From assembly GCA_964352535.1 (NCBI GenBank), contig CAYGSW010000002.1:1-56696 (forward strand): DNA of 56,696 nt, written 5' to 3'. Below are positions 1-10,200 of the stretch, one piece after another. Below the pieces are notes generated by a model, which worked only from the letters and a program-made list of their open reading frames with translations, was not told where the DNA came from and did not search any database. The translations under genes were made by a program, and so were the position numbers. Position 1 is the first letter of the stretch, and each line of letters begins with the position of its first letter. This DNA is from an uncultured Granulosicoccaceae bacterium. GTDB taxonomy: Bacteria; Pseudomonadota; Gammaproteobacteria; Granulosicoccales; Granulosicoccaceae.

Positions 1-509
1 TAGGTGATGGCTGCTGTTATCTGCTGCTGCTGCGCATTGATCAGGTAGCCCCGGTAAGTGTCCAGACGTTGTGCCTGGGCAGGATCATCGTGTTGTAGCA
101 GGGTTTTCAAGCGCGTTGACGCGCCAATGCTCTGGGAGCTGCGCAGTGCGTCCGCCAGCTGAGCCTTGCGTTGTTCGACGGAGGCACTGGCGGCCCCGAT
201 GGTGGTTTCCAGTTCATTCAACTGCCGGTTGAACTGCGCAATACGTTCATCCAGCTCGCTCAGACGAGCTTCTCGTTCTGAGCGTTTGCTGCGGGCCGCG
301 CTGAACGCTGCCTGTAAATCCTGTTTAAGTGTGGTGTTTTTATCAATCGTACGTTTCAGCTCTGCCAGCTGTTCGTCGGTATTGCGAATTTGCTCTGCCA
401 GTTCATCCAGACTATTGACAGATTCGGCGCGCGCAAGGTTATCGTGTCCCCGAAGCAGGAAGACACACAGGCAAACAACGGATACAAACAAAGCCGAATT
501 ACTACGCAT
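1..509 (-). CDS. envC: Murein hydrolase activator EnvC-like coiled-coil protein (5' part only, runs off window edge)
   Basis: Hand translation from ATG at 509: MRSNSALFVSVVCLCVFLL (signal-like), then a long coiled coil, then LKTLLQHDDPAQAQRLDTYRGYL, which resembles the EnvC 'LL..DP...QR...Y..YL' segment. The M23 domain is outside the window. Not in the supplied ORF track. Confidence 0.75.
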   Translation of the reverse strand, partial: MRSNSALFVSVVCLCVFLLRGHDNLARAESVNSLDELAEQIRNTDEQLAELKRTIDKNTTLKQDLQAAFSAARSKRSEREARLSELDERIAQFNRQLNELETTIGAASASVEQRKAQLADALRSSQSIGASTRLKTLLQHDDPAQAQRLDTYRGYLINAQQQQITAAIT

Positions 510-599
510 GGGCGTAAGTGTAGGTGAACTGCGCGGACACGTGAGTGTGAAACGCTGCCCAACGCTGAATTTTCGACAATCGCCCGGACAGGCTTCGTG

Positions 600-1025
600 T
601 CAGGTATCCTCGTGAAAAGGGTGCAGCAACCTTGGCTTGTTGTACCGACGGCGCATCCAGTTCAAGGAGTTGTATACCGCTTCCCTGCTGGCTATGTAGC
701 GTACCAATCGGCGTTTGCCGGGAAAGCGGGCAATCGATACGCCAACGAGCAACGTCACAAGCCCGGGTCCGGGCAGGATAAGCATGGCAAGCCCCATCAG
801 TATTAACAATGAGCCGACAAGGGTCCGCAGCGTTTGCAAGGTGGCCTGCAGTAGCGGGTGTGCTACCGAGGGGCGTTCGCGTTGCAGCAAATAGTCCTCT
901 GGCAATCTCGCTACCAGCCACGGTGTGGCAAGTATGCTGGACAGCAACAAAATCAGCGATGCGCCAGCCAGCGTACCGAGTAGTGTTGAATGTTGGCTTA
1001 ACCAGTCGGTTAGCTGAGTGAGCAT
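600..1025 (-). CDS. PGPGW-family putative transmembrane protein
   Basis: Hydrophobic helices and the motif MLILPGPGLVTLLVG. Confidence 0.75.
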   Translation of the reverse strand: MLTQLTDWLSQHSTLLGTLAGASLILLLSSILATPWLVARLPEDYLLQRERPSVAHPLLQATLQTLRTLVGSLLILMGLAMLILPGPGLVTLLVGVSIARFPGKRRLVRYIASREAVYNSLNWMRRRYNKPRLLHPFHEDT

Positions 1026-1359
1026 GCTGTGGCAGAAGGATAGTCTAGTGTGTAGTACGGGTTAATGCAGGCAGTGTAGTCGTTCACCATCACACTGCGC
1101 TGGCTTTCGCGCATCCTGACTATCCAATGATGTTGAAACACGCCCGAAAATCTGCAAGCACGTAAAACTCTCACTGCAGTTGCCTTTGTCAGGTCTTGGC
1201 CTGCAAACTCTTTATCCTGCGTGCTCAATCCAGTCCCCACCTGACGGGTGTTGCGTTCCTGACTCGTAATTGGCACTGTTTTACGGATATACATTTTTTT
1301 GTTGGCCCGATGCAGCCTTTGCCTGCGCCGGTCCGCGTGCACGCTACTGAGATACCGAT

Positions 1360-4029
1360 ATGGATACACGTAACCCCATCAGCATCCGGCGACTGGATTA
1401 TCAGCCCTCGTTATGGCAAATCGACAAAACGCATCTGCATGTCATTCTCGATGCTGAAGCAACGCACGTGCACAGCCGGTTGAGCGTACGGCTCTCATCT
1501 GACGATGGGCTTGGTAGGTCCATACCGCCGCTTCGTCTTGATGGGGTGGACTTGCAGCTTGAATCCGTGGCCGTAGATGATGTGGTGATATCAGCTGATC
1601 AATATCAGCTTGATGTGTGCTCGTTAACCCTGCCTGACCTGCCATCGCAGTGCGTGATCAGTATTCACACCGTGATCAACCCCCAAGCCAACACCACACT
1701 GGAAGGGCTTTATCGAAGCAGCGGAAATTTTTGCACCCAGTGCGAGGCGGAGGGTTTCCGCAAGATCACATACTATCTGGATCGGCCCGATGTGTTGTCT
1801 GTGTTTGACGTAATGATCGAAGCTGATGCAGCTGATTATCCGGTGTTGCTGAGCAATGGCAATCTGCAGGAACAGGAGACGCTGGACAACGGGCGGCACC
1901 GTGTCAGTTGGCATGATCCTCACCCCAAACCATGCTACCTGTTCGCGCTGGTAGCCGGTAAGTTGTCTGTGGTTGAAGACGAATTTGTCACTGAATCAGG
2001 GGCTCGTGTTCTGCTGCAAATCTACGTGCAGGCACACAACCTTGACTATTGTGATTTTGCCATGCTGGCGTTGAAGAAATCCATGCGCTGGGATGAACAG
2101 GTGTACGGTTTCGAGTACGACCTTGAGCGCTTCATGATCGTTGCTGTCGATGATTTCAATATGGGAGCAATGGAAAACAAAGGCTTGAACATTTTCAATT
2201 CCCGCTTTGTCCTGGCGGACGAAAGTACGGCAACCGATGCAGATTTTCTGGGTGTCGAGGCGGTGATTGCCCACGAATATTTTCACAACTGGACGGGCAA
2301 CAGAATCACTTGCCGTGACTGGTTTCAGCTGAGTCTCAAAGAAGGACTGACCGTGTTCCGTGATCAGTGTTTTTCAAGTGACATGCATTCGGCCAACGTC
2401 AAGCGTATCGAGGACGTTCGCTTATTGCGTGCGCGTCAGTTTGCTGAGGATGCCAGCCCTATGGCGCATCCCATTAGGCCCGACAGTTACATCGAGATCA
2501 ACAACTTCTACACGTTGACGGTGTATGAAAAAGGCGCAGAAGTCATCCGTATGCTACACACCATACTGGGCGCCAGGCGCTGGCGGCAGGGTATGGATGA
2601 GTACGTACATCGGCACGATGGAAGTGCTACAACCTGCGAGGCTTTCATCGATGCCATGCAGAGTGTCAGCGATATTGACCTGACGCAGTTCCGGCTCTGG
2701 TACCAGGTTGCAGGTACACCAACGCTTAGTGTGAACGAGCGCTATGAGCCAGCAACCAGTCGCTATTTTCTTGACGTTACACAGCACGTGCCTGACACAC
2801 CCGGCCAGAGCGACAAGCCGCCTCTGTACATTCCACTGCGTATGGGATTACTTGATAAGCGCGGTGAAGAGCTGGCCGTACAAACGTTGTTGAAGAACGA
2901 CCAGGAAACCCATGTTGCAACTATCGACGATAATGCGCATAGCATTATTCTACCCATCACACAGGCTTCTCAGACATTCACATTCGAGAACGTAAAGTCA
3001 AAGCCGACAGCTTCGTTGTTGCGTGGATTCTCAGCGCCAGTAAAACTTGTCCAGGAACTGGATGATGCTCAGCTCGCATCGCTCATAGCGCATGACAGTG
3101 ATGCGTTTAATCGTTGGGAGGCTGTACAACGACTCGCCGAGCGAGTCATCATGAAGCACATGCATAGCGTCGATGCTGATGATTCAATGCAGATATTGAA
3201 TGATGCACTGTCGATGCTGATGGCTCACGAGCAACTGGAACCTGCTTTCAAGGCATGCGTGTTGAAGATACCGTCTATAGATACCCTGGCTGAGTCGTTG
3301 CCGCAAGTGGATTATGCGCGTCTTGGTGTTGCTCACTCAACGGTTCAACAGGCGATTGCCGTGCAGCATGAGGCGACACTTCGGGAGTTGGTCTGTAACG
3401 GACGTTACCCTCAAATCGAACTGCTGGACGACAGCGCCATAGGTATGCGCAGTCTGGCAAACGCTGCGTTAATGATACTGACACACCTGCCACAAGCCGT
3501 CTGGATCGCGCTTGCGCAAAATCAGTTTGAGAAGGCGCAAAACATGACTGACAGGTTGGCAGCGTTAGCCTGTCTGTGTCATGGGCAAGGAGAACAGCGT
3601 ATTCACGCGTTGCAGCAATTTCGTGTCACTGCAAATGATAACAAGCTGGTAGTCGACAAGTGGTTTGCTGTTCAGGCGATGTCACGACGTCCACAGGTTA
3701 TGGATGACGTGCTGTTGCTTTGTGAGCACAGTGATTTTGATGTGCGTAACCCCAATCGTGCGCGTGCGCTTATCGCCAGCTTTGCCATGAACAATCCTGT
3801 TGCGTTTCATGCAAGCGATGGACGAGGGTATGCTTTTCTTGCGAGTAAAGTGATCGAACTGGATGCACTGAATCCGCAAGTGGCAGCCAGACTTGTAACA
3901 CCATTGACACGCTGGGACAGGTTGATTGACAGCCAGCAGCGGCTTATGTGTGCGCAGTTACGCCGGATCATGGAAAGTGATTCGTTGTCACCTGATGTGT
4001 ATGAACTTGTCAGCAAGTCCTTAGGGTGA
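1360..4029 (+). CDS. pepN: Aminopeptidase N (M1 zinc metallopeptidase)
   Basis: GAMENKGLN motif, HEYFH zinc motif, NNFYTLTVYEKGAEV, C-terminal NPNRARAL and NPQVAARL. Confidence 0.97.
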   Translation: MDTRNPISIRRLDYQPSLWQIDKTHLHVILDAEATHVHSRLSVRLSSDDGLGRSIPPLRLDGVDLQLESVAVDDVVISADQYQLDVCSLTLPDLPSQCVISIHTVINPQANTTLEGLYRSSGNFCTQCEAEGFRKITYYLDRPDVLSVFDVMIEADAADYPVLLSNGNLQEQETLDNGRHRVSWHDPHPKPCYLFALVAGKLSVVEDEFVTESGARVLLQIYVQAHNLDYCDFAMLALKKSMRWDEQVYGFEYDLERFMIVAVDDFNMGAMENKGLNIFNSRFVLADESTATDADFLGVEAVIAHEYFHNWTGNRITCRDWFQLSLKEGLTVFRDQCFSSDMHSANVKRIEDVRLLRARQFAEDASPMAHPIRPDSYIEINNFYTLTVYEKGAEVIRMLHTILGARRWRQGMDEYVHRHDGSATTCEAFIDAMQSVSDIDLTQFRLWYQVAGTPTLSVNERYEPATSRYFLDVTQHVPDTPGQSDKPPLYIPLRMGLLDKRGEELAVQTLLKNDQETHVATIDDNAHSIILPITQASQTFTFENVKSKPTASLLRGFSAPVKLVQELDDAQLASLIAHDSDAFNRWEAVQRLAERVIMKHMHSVDADDSMQILNDALSMLMAHEQLEPAFKACVLKIPSIDTLAESLPQVDYARLGVAHSTVQQAIAVQHEATLRELVCNGRYPQIELLDDSAIGMRSLANAALMILTHLPQAVWIALAQNQFEKAQNMTDRLAALACLCHGQGEQRIHALQQFRVTANDNKLVVDKWFAVQAMSRRPQVMDDVLLLCEHSDFDVRNPNRARALIASFAMNNPVAFHASDGRGYAFLASKVIELDALNPQVAARLVTPLTRWDRLIDSQQRLMCAQLRRIMESDSLSPDVYELVSKSLG

Positions 4030-4295
4030 CAGGCGCATTCGAGGTGTCAATGCAGGCAGCGACCAACGCCAGAGTGTGTCGAAGTGTGTACTGAAAGTTA
4101 ATAGTTGTGTCAATGATCACGAGATGTGTGGTGATCGCCATCGAATGTGTCGATTGTGGATGTCCTATTGTAAACAACCGTGTCAGCGCTGCCTGTCGCG
4201 TTAATTTTGAGATCCTTGCGTGCTAGTTTCCTAATCTCTTAATTCCCCATGATGCTTACGGGGATGCTTTATCAGTTTTTTGAAAGGAGGTTGCG

Positions 4296-4517
4296 ATGAC
4301 TGACCGACAGCAAGGTACCGTCAAGTGGTTTGATAACGCTAAAGGGTATGGGTTTATTATCAGTCCTAGTGGGGACGATGTGTTTGTTCACTACCGTGTA
4401 ATCGAAGGTGAAGGATACCGTTCCCTGAGTGAAGGACAGGTCGTCGAATTTGAAGCGACGCAAAGTGATAAAGGCTGGCAGGCTTCAGTGGTAAGCGCTG
4501 TGAATGCGGCTGTTTAG
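4296..4517 (+). CDS. Cold-shock domain protein (CspA/CspD family)
   Basis: GTVKWFD, RNP1 KGYGFI and RNP2 VFVHY motifs, strong SD AAGGAGG upstream. Confidence 0.95.
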   Translation: MTDRQQGTVKWFDNAKGYGFIISPSGDDVFVHYRVIEGEGYRSLSEGQVVEFEATQSDKGWQASVVSAVNAAV

Positions 4518-4812
4518 CTTGCAGGCGACGGTGGTGCACATGTCCGCACAGTGCGTCGTGTGCAACCAGCGTTTGTCGTGTAATTCTTCAATCGCCAGAG
4601 GGGTTTTCGGCTCTGGCATGGATGGATTGGTAAAACCTTATCGATTTATAGAAAATCGTAGCTGAACGAATGGTAGGGCACACGCTGGTGGAGGTGCATG
4701 TGAAATGGCTGAACAGGTGCCCCTGTCACAGGATGTGCGCAAAGGTGTGCGCGTGCGGCAATGCTGCTGATGGAGTAGACTTCGGCCTGCTTTGTTGATC
4801 CACAAATCACTC

Positions 4813-5217
4813 ATGTCAAATCCGGAAGGGCGTTTTCTTCATCAGCTTCAGTTTCCCGTTCGCTGGGGCGACATGGATGCTTTGGGGCACGTTAATAATA
4901 TTGTCTACTTTCAATATTTCGAAATTGCTCGTTTGCAGTGGTACGAGCAGGCTGGGTTTGCGCCACTTGCCTCCACTGAACAGGGCATGGTCATAGTGGA
5001 CAACCATGCCCAGTACTGGAAACCTGTGGTGTATCCGGCAACCATTACAGTACGAATGGGTGGACACTCACCTGGCAGAAGCTCTTTTATCAGTACCTAT
5101 ACACTGACAGTGGAAGATGAGCTGCATACCAGTGGCAATGCAAAGATTGTCTGGATCGACACACGTGTGGGCAAGTCGGTGGCTTTGCCCGAATCGGTTC
5201 GTGCCTTGGTATCGTAA
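4813..5217 (+). CDS. Acyl-CoA thioesterase (4HBT/YbgC-like hotdog fold)
   Basis: VRWGDMDALGHVNN motif. ATG at 4813 preferred over TTG at 4792. Confidence 0.88.
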   Translation: MSNPEGRFLHQLQFPVRWGDMDALGHVNNIVYFQYFEIARLQWYEQAGFAPLASTEQGMVIVDNHAQYWKPVVYPATITVRMGGHSPGRSSFISTYTLTVEDELHTSGNAKIVWIDTRVGKSVALPESVRALVS

Positions 5218-5304
5218 CGCAGCTACGCACAACGGCTTGCGCCGGGAGTTTGCCGGGCCAGGCTGGCGTATTCGCCAACTCTGCTCTATCGAGGATCGCT
5301 CACC

Positions 5305-5913
5305 ATGTCTGATGGCTTTTGCACCCAATGTGGTGGGAAATGCTCGCGGCAGATACCGAACGGGGACAATCGTCTACGCCGTGTCTGCAAGCGTTGTGCG
5401 CACATTCACTATGAAAATCCCAAGAACGTTGTGGGTTGCTTGCTTGAATGGGAGGGTAAGGTGCTGCTCTGCAAGCGAGCCATAGAACCTCGCTTGGGAT
5501 TCTGGACATTACCCGCAGGCTTTATGGAAAATGACGAGAGCATTATGGAGGGCGCCGCCCGTGAGGCCTTCGAGGAGGCCACCGCGAAAAGCGATGACTT
5601 GCGGCTTTTTGCGGTTTACGCGTTGCCGCGCATCAGTCAGCTTTATCTGATGTTTGCCGGGCAGCTGCGTGACGGGTTTGCCAGGGCCAGTGACGAGACG
5701 CTAGAGGTTGGACTATTCGATAAAGCCGACATTCCATGGGGAGAACTGGCGTTCCCGGTTGTTACCGAGACCCTGACGCGCTTCTTTGCACATCAGGGCC
5801 AACAGGCGAATCACCCATCGGAGGCTGGAATCTACTACGCGGACATTCACAGCCGTCCTGGCGCGCCTATGGAGATTGTGCGCCACCCGCCCTATTCCTG
5901 GCCAGCGGGGTAG
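5305..5913 (+). CDS. NUDIX hydrolase with N-terminal zinc ribbon
   Basis: CxxC...CxxC zinc ribbon, YENPK, Nudix box GFMENDESIMEGAAREAFEE. Confidence 0.9.
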   Translation: MSDGFCTQCGGKCSRQIPNGDNRLRRVCKRCAHIHYENPKNVVGCLLEWEGKVLLCKRAIEPRLGFWTLPAGFMENDESIMEGAAREAFEEATAKSDDLRLFAVYALPRISQLYLMFAGQLRDGFARASDETLEVGLFDKADIPWGELAFPVVTETLTRFFAHQGQQANHPSEAGIYYADIHSRPGAPMEIVRHPPYSWPAG

Positions 5914-5923
5914 CTCCTAGTGG

Positions 5924-5970
5924 TCCGTCAACCCGAAATATTAGGAATCCTAACATTTCGGGTTGACGGA
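5924..5970. repeat. 23-bp near-perfect palindrome between convergent genes (MITE footprint and/or bidirectional terminator)
   Basis: tccgtcaacccgaaatattagga-a-tcctaacatttcgggttgacgga, 22/23 paired, preceded by CTAGTGG. Confidence 0.8.
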
Positions 5971-6005
5971 TTAATAATTTTGGTACCTGCGCTTTCGCCG
6001 TAGCG

Positions 6006-7670
6006 TCAGAGTGTCCGCAGTTCTCGCCTTAGAATCTTTCCGACGTTGGTTTTTGGCAGTTCATCAACAAACTGTATGATTTTTGGCCGTTTGTATCCTG
6101 TGAGCTGATCCTTACAGTGCGCCAGAATATCCGCCTCGCTTAGCGCGGGGTCCTTTTTGACAACAACCACCTTGACTACCTCACCGGAGTGCTCGTCGGG
6201 TACTCCGATGGCTCCAACTTCCAGTACACCCGGCATTGTGGCAATGACGGCTTCGATCTCGTTAGGGTAGACATTGAAGCCTGACACCAGAATCATGTCT
6301 TTCAATCGATCAACGATCTTAAAGAAACCGCGCTCATCCATGATGGCGACATCGCCGGTGTGCAGCCAGCCTTCACTATCGATAGCGGCTGCCGTGTCTT
6401 CGGGGCGTTGCCAGTATCCCTTCATGACCTGTGGTCCGCGTATGCACAGCTCACCGGCCTCTCCGACGGGCAACTCGTTGTTGTCAGGGTCGCGTATGGA
6501 ACCCTCGGTGGAAGGTAATGGCAGACCAATGGAGTCATTGTACTCGGGCAGATCCATCGGATTGATACAGGCTGCCGGGCTGGTTTCAGTCAATCCATAG
6601 GCCTCGATCAGTGTGTTGCCGGTGATTTGCTTCCAGCGATCCGCGACGGGCTTCTGCACCGCCATGCCGCCGCCCAGCGTTAGCTTGAGCCTGGAGAAAT
6701 CCAGCTGTTCAAAGCCCGGGGTATTCATGAGGGCATTGAACAAGGTATTGACGCCAGTGAAGGCTGTAAATTGAAACTTGCCCAGTTCTTTCACAAATCC
6801 CGGCATGTCACGTGGGTTTGTGATGAGCAGGTTTAAGGAGCCGAGTTTCATATAGGTCAGACAGTTGGCGGTCAGGGCGAAGATGTGATATAGCGGCAAT
6901 GCGGTGACTATTACTTCGTGCCCTTCGTCCTGATCGACGGCGTTGATCCATGTCCAGGCTTGCTGGATATTGGAGACCATATTACGATGCGTTAGCATTG
7001 CACCTTTTGCGACACCCGTCGTGCCGCCGGTGTACTGAAGAAACGCCAGGTCATCGAGCGTGAGATCTGCGCTTGCCGGGGGTAGTTGCGCACCTTTAAC
7101 CAGAATATTCTTCATGCTGTGGGCGCGAGGCAGAGAGAATGGTGGCACCATTTTCTTGACGTATTTCAGTACGAAATTGACGAGCAGTGATTTGGGAAAC
7201 CCGAGCATGTCGCCAAAGCGTGTGGTGACAACAGTCTGCACGTCAGTCTTGTCAATAACGCTTGCCAAAGTGTGCGCAAACGCTTCAACCACGACAATGG
7301 CCTTTGCACCTGAGTCTTTCAGCTGGTGCTCCAGCTCACGATCGGTGTAGAGCGGATTGGTGTTGACGACAACGAGTCCCGCTCTGAGTGCACCGAATAC
7401 CGCTACCGGGTACTGCAGCAGATTGGGCATCATGATCGCTATGCGATCACCTTTGACAAGGCCAGCCTCATGCTGGCACCAAGAGGCGAATGCCTGGGTC
7501 TGTTGCTCCAGCTGTTGATAGGTAATGGTGGTGCCAAGGTTGTGAAAAGCCGGACGATCAGCGAATCGCTGAGTGCTTTCCGTAAAGATATCGACGACTG
7601 ATGCGTAGTTGCCGGTGTCAATATCGGCCGGAATCGATGTCGGGTATGATTTTAACCAGGGCTTATCCAT
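6006..7670 (-). CDS. fadD: Long-chain-fatty-acid--CoA ligase
   Basis: [19 protein letters not shown]-binding motif, [29 protein letters not shown]. Confidence 0.93.
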   Translation of the reverse strand: MDKPWLKSYPTSIPADIDTGNYASVVDIFTESTQRFADRPAFHNLGTTITYQQLEQQTQAFASWCQHEAGLVKGDRIAIMMPNLLQYPVAVFGALRAGLVVVNTNPLYTDRELEHQLKDSGAKAIVVVEAFAHTLASVIDKTDVQTVVTTRFGDMLGFPKSLLVNFVLKYVKKMVPPFSLPRAHSMKNILVKGAQLPPASADLTLDDLAFLQYTGGTTGVAKGAMLTHRNMVSNIQQAWTWINAVDQDEGHEVIVTALPLYHIFALTANCLTYMKLGSLNLLITNPRDMPGFVKELGKFQFTAFTGVNTLFNALMNTPGFEQLDFSRLKLTLGGGMAVQKPVADRWKQITGNTLIEAYGLTETSPAACINPMDLPEYNDSIGLPLPSTEGSIRDPDNNELPVGEAGELCIRGPQVMKGYWQRPEDTAAAIDSEGWLHTGDVAIMDERGFFKIVDRLKDMILVSGFNVYPNEIEAVIATMPGVLEVGAIGVPDEHSGEVVKVVVVKKDPALSEADILAHCKDQLTGYKRPKIIQFVDELPKTNVGKILRRELRTL

Positions 7671-7806
7671 GTAAGGTTCTCAAGTGGTTGAGCTGCGCAA
7701 AACTGCTGCAGGCTATGCTGTCGATATCCGATGATAACCAGAACCATTTGGTTCCCGGGCACAACTAAAACGATAGCACTATAGCGACCGCTTCGGTTAC
7801 ACAGGG

Positions 7807-8298
7807 TTAGACCGCGCAGCACTTCTTGTACTTTTTTCCACTCCCGCAAGCGCAGGGATCATTACGTCCCTGCTTCGGTTTGTTGCGGCGGAACTGATCC
7901 ACATCCGGCACTTCCGCATCCCGAAAGTACCATTGCCCATGATATTTTTCGAAAACACCACGTTCGTGATGCGTGTGTCTGCGTCTGGCTGCATCACGGT
8001 AGCGTGCCATGAACTCGATGCGAGCTGATGAATCTTCAGCGCTGCCACCGTCAACATTCAGAATTTCAAGGCCCAGCCAGGTGGATTCACTGGCCCAGCG
8101 CCGCGTGGCTGCCTCGTCAATGTCCGAACGTGTTGATGGGTGGTGTGTTGCCAGAATGAAGTCCATGTCGCCCGTGGTATGTGCGGTGTAGCGCGCACGA
8201 ATCAGAGCCTCGGCTGTATCAGCCCGGCTATCTCCTTTGATGATGTTTTGGCAGCATTCGCTAAAGGCTCGCGCAGAGCCGCAGGGACATTCACTCAT
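7807..8298 (-). CDS. ychJ: YchJ family protein with SEC-C metal-binding motifs
   Basis: N-terminal [15 protein letters not shown]-terminal [18 protein letters not shown]. Confidence 0.88.
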   Translation of the reverse strand: MSECPCGSARAFSECCQNIIKGDSRADTAEALIRARYTAHTTGDMDFILATHHPSTRSDIDEAATRRWASESTWLGLEILNVDGGSAEDSSARIEFMARYRDAARRRHTHHERGVFEKYHGQWYFRDAEVPDVDQFRRNKPKQGRNDPCACGSGKKYKKCCAV

Positions 8299-8358
8299 AT
8301 TTCGCTTTCTTGGACATTGATCGTTAGTGGCCGGAGAGTTTAGCGCACTAGTGGTCCA

Positions 8359-8706
8359 TCAATGTGCGTAGATACGGTGTCCGTCGGCATCACGTGTGTA
8401 GGGGAAGTGGATTTTTTTCAACGTGTGGCCTTGCATGGTGACCGTCGCACTGTCCCGGTAGGCCCCTTGATCAGTGAATTCGAACTGGTACTCTCGTTCC
8501 AAACAATGTGCACCGTTGGCATCACGCCGCAGGCGCATGCGGGAAAGCGCTGCGGTCTGATCGAGTAACTGCAGCTGTTGAGCTCGACACGCCAGACGAG
8601 CATGTTCAATGGCCAGCTCACGGGCCCGGGAACCTGTCCACCATAGTCTGATGGCCAGTGCCGGAATCGCGATCAGCAGCAGGTCGAAAAGGGCATTGCC
8701 TGTCAC
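8359..8706 (-). CDS. DUF3301-like membrane-anchored protein
   Basis: N-terminal TM ending in WW, A...C...LQLLDQT, YQFEFTDQG pattern. Confidence 0.7.
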   Translation of the reverse strand: MTGNALFDLLLIAIPALAIRLWWTGSRARELAIEHARLACRAQQLQLLDQTAALSRMRLRRDANGAHCLEREYQFEFTDQGAYRDSATVTMQGHTLKKIHFPYTRDADGHRIYAH

Positions 8707-8833
8707 AGCTGGAGGTTTCGGTGTTGCATTGCTGGATCAGTTCCCGGAAACAAGACCCTGCAAGAGATTCAGGTCAAGTGGGGTCGTAGGTTGATAGTGT
8801 CGTCGTTTGTCCATATAGCGTATGTTCAGGAGG

Positions 8834-8862
8834 GATCCGCACGCTTTCTAAGCATGCGGATC
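8834..8862. promoter_or_regulatory. 13-bp inverted repeat in divergent intergenic region, just upstream of a TACAAT -10-like hexamer
   Basis: gatccgcacgctt-tct-aagcatgcggatc (12/13 paired), TACAAT at 8864-8869. Confidence 0.45.
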
Positions 8863-8899
8863 TTACAATGAATAATCAACCTTACGCGCAGACGCACTC

Positions 8900-9208
8900 A
8901 TGACCACCATTGACTCGCTGGATCAACAAACCCGGACAGAACTTGAAGCTGCCGCCTTTCGCACACTGGTTGCGCACCTGCAGGAGCGCACCGATGTTCA
9001 GAATATCGACCTGATGAATCTGGCAGGATTTTGCCGAAACTGCCTGTCCAAGTACTACGTCGGTGCCGCGAGGGAGCGTGATATGGACATCGCCTACGAA
9101 GACGCACGCACGCATGTCTACGGTATGCCTTATAGTCAGTGGAAGGAGCAACACCAGCAGCAGGCGACTCCTGAGCAGCAGGCAGCCTACGATGCGACAC
9201 ACAATTGA
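8900..9208 (+). CDS. DUF1244-family protein
   Basis: ELEAAAFRTLVAHL..RTDVQNIDLMNLAGFCRNCL and VYGMPY..WK signature. Confidence 0.85.
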   Translation: MTTIDSLDQQTRTELEAAAFRTLVAHLQERTDVQNIDLMNLAGFCRNCLSKYYVGAARERDMDIAYEDARTHVYGMPYSQWKEQHQQQATPEQQAAYDATHN

Positions 9209-9816
9209 CACGACGTCCCGTACCCTCCGTCAGTTTGAGCCTATTCATGAAGCCAAACCAGCCTGATAAGACGCCGGATCGATTTCTCGGGGATTACCTG
9301 TACAGCGACGTGCCTGCGCAACTGCTTGTCGCAGGTGATCTTTCAGCAGCACTGCTCAGCCGCCCGGTCGATGGTGTATCGCTGCACCGATTCAATACCC
9401 TGGCTGAAGCGGAGAGACACGTGTCGCAGCACGCCACGATCCAGCTGTCGCAAGATGCCGGACCATCAACTCTGGTGTTGCAACTCAATGCTTGCGAGCC
9501 ACACCTGGAGCAACGCCTGGGTCGTGCGATCAGGGCTTTTCCCCACCGAGTGCTTGTACATTGTACGCATTCAGCCGATAAAGCAACGGATGACACTTTT
9601 ATCAACGATGACGTGTTTTTCGCTTTTGGATTCCGCAAGCTGCAGCTTGCAACAGACAAGGTAGCTGGTGAGCCAGAATCAACGCGGTGGTTCGAGTTTC
9701 GACTCAGTCAATACAAGGCTGCACCTGATTGGCTGAATGCTCGATTCTGGGCAAACCCCGAGAGGTTTGAGAGTGATGAGGATCCGGACATCTATTGCGA
9801 CGACGACGAAGAGTAA
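9205..9816 (+). CDS. DUF6231-like hypothetical protein
   Basis: FFAFGF and C-terminal YK..PDWLNARFWANPERF motif. TTG start overlaps the upstream stop; ATG at 9248 is an alternative. Confidence 0.65.
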   Translation: MTRRPVPSVSLSLFMKPNQPDKTPDRFLGDYLYSDVPAQLLVAGDLSAALLSRPVDGVSLHRFNTLAEAERHVSQHATIQLSQDAGPSTLVLQLNACEPHLEQRLGRAIRAFPHRVLVHCTHSADKATDDTFINDDVFFAFGFRKLQLATDKVAGEPESTRWFEFRLSQYKAAPDWLNARFWANPERFESDEDPDIYCDDDEE

Positions 9817-10200
9817 TTGGCACTGTCACGACGGCGATGCACGAATGTTATCCTGAAACCGGCATACTTCAAGTCATGAATAATCCTGGCGTTGAGTCTG
9901 CGTGGTAGAAAGCGATCAAGGGTAGCCCTGAAACAACTAAGGGGCTAAGCTATGGGCATTTTCAGGGTATGCACTCGATGAGCGCCAACAATCTAAAACA
10001 GAATCACAAAATCCCTATCGCCACCGTCGCGCCGGTAGACAGCATGGCACTGACATTGCCCCCAACGATGCAGTTAACCCTGCCTCGATATATCTGGCAC
10101 TGGGCATGCTTGCAGGACACATCCCAATAATCCCTAGCGACACTTCTTCAACACACGCTTCAACGGCCGGAACTTATCTGGCAAGGTTCAGGAATTCTCA

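Noticed and set aside
166-615. 149-aa + strand ORF
   Set aside because: Antisense to the envC-like coiled-coil gene, with Ser/Arg-rich shadow composition
4106-4121. CRP-like site TGTGT-N6-TCACG upstream of the csp gene
   Set aside because: Only 8/10 match and far from the start codon, which is not distinguishable from chance without a TSS
9817-10200. Alternative pairings in the sucA leader (ccctgaaa/tttcaggg, tagccc/gggcta) as a sucA RNA motif
   Set aside because: Stems are short and I cannot match them to a known motif by eye
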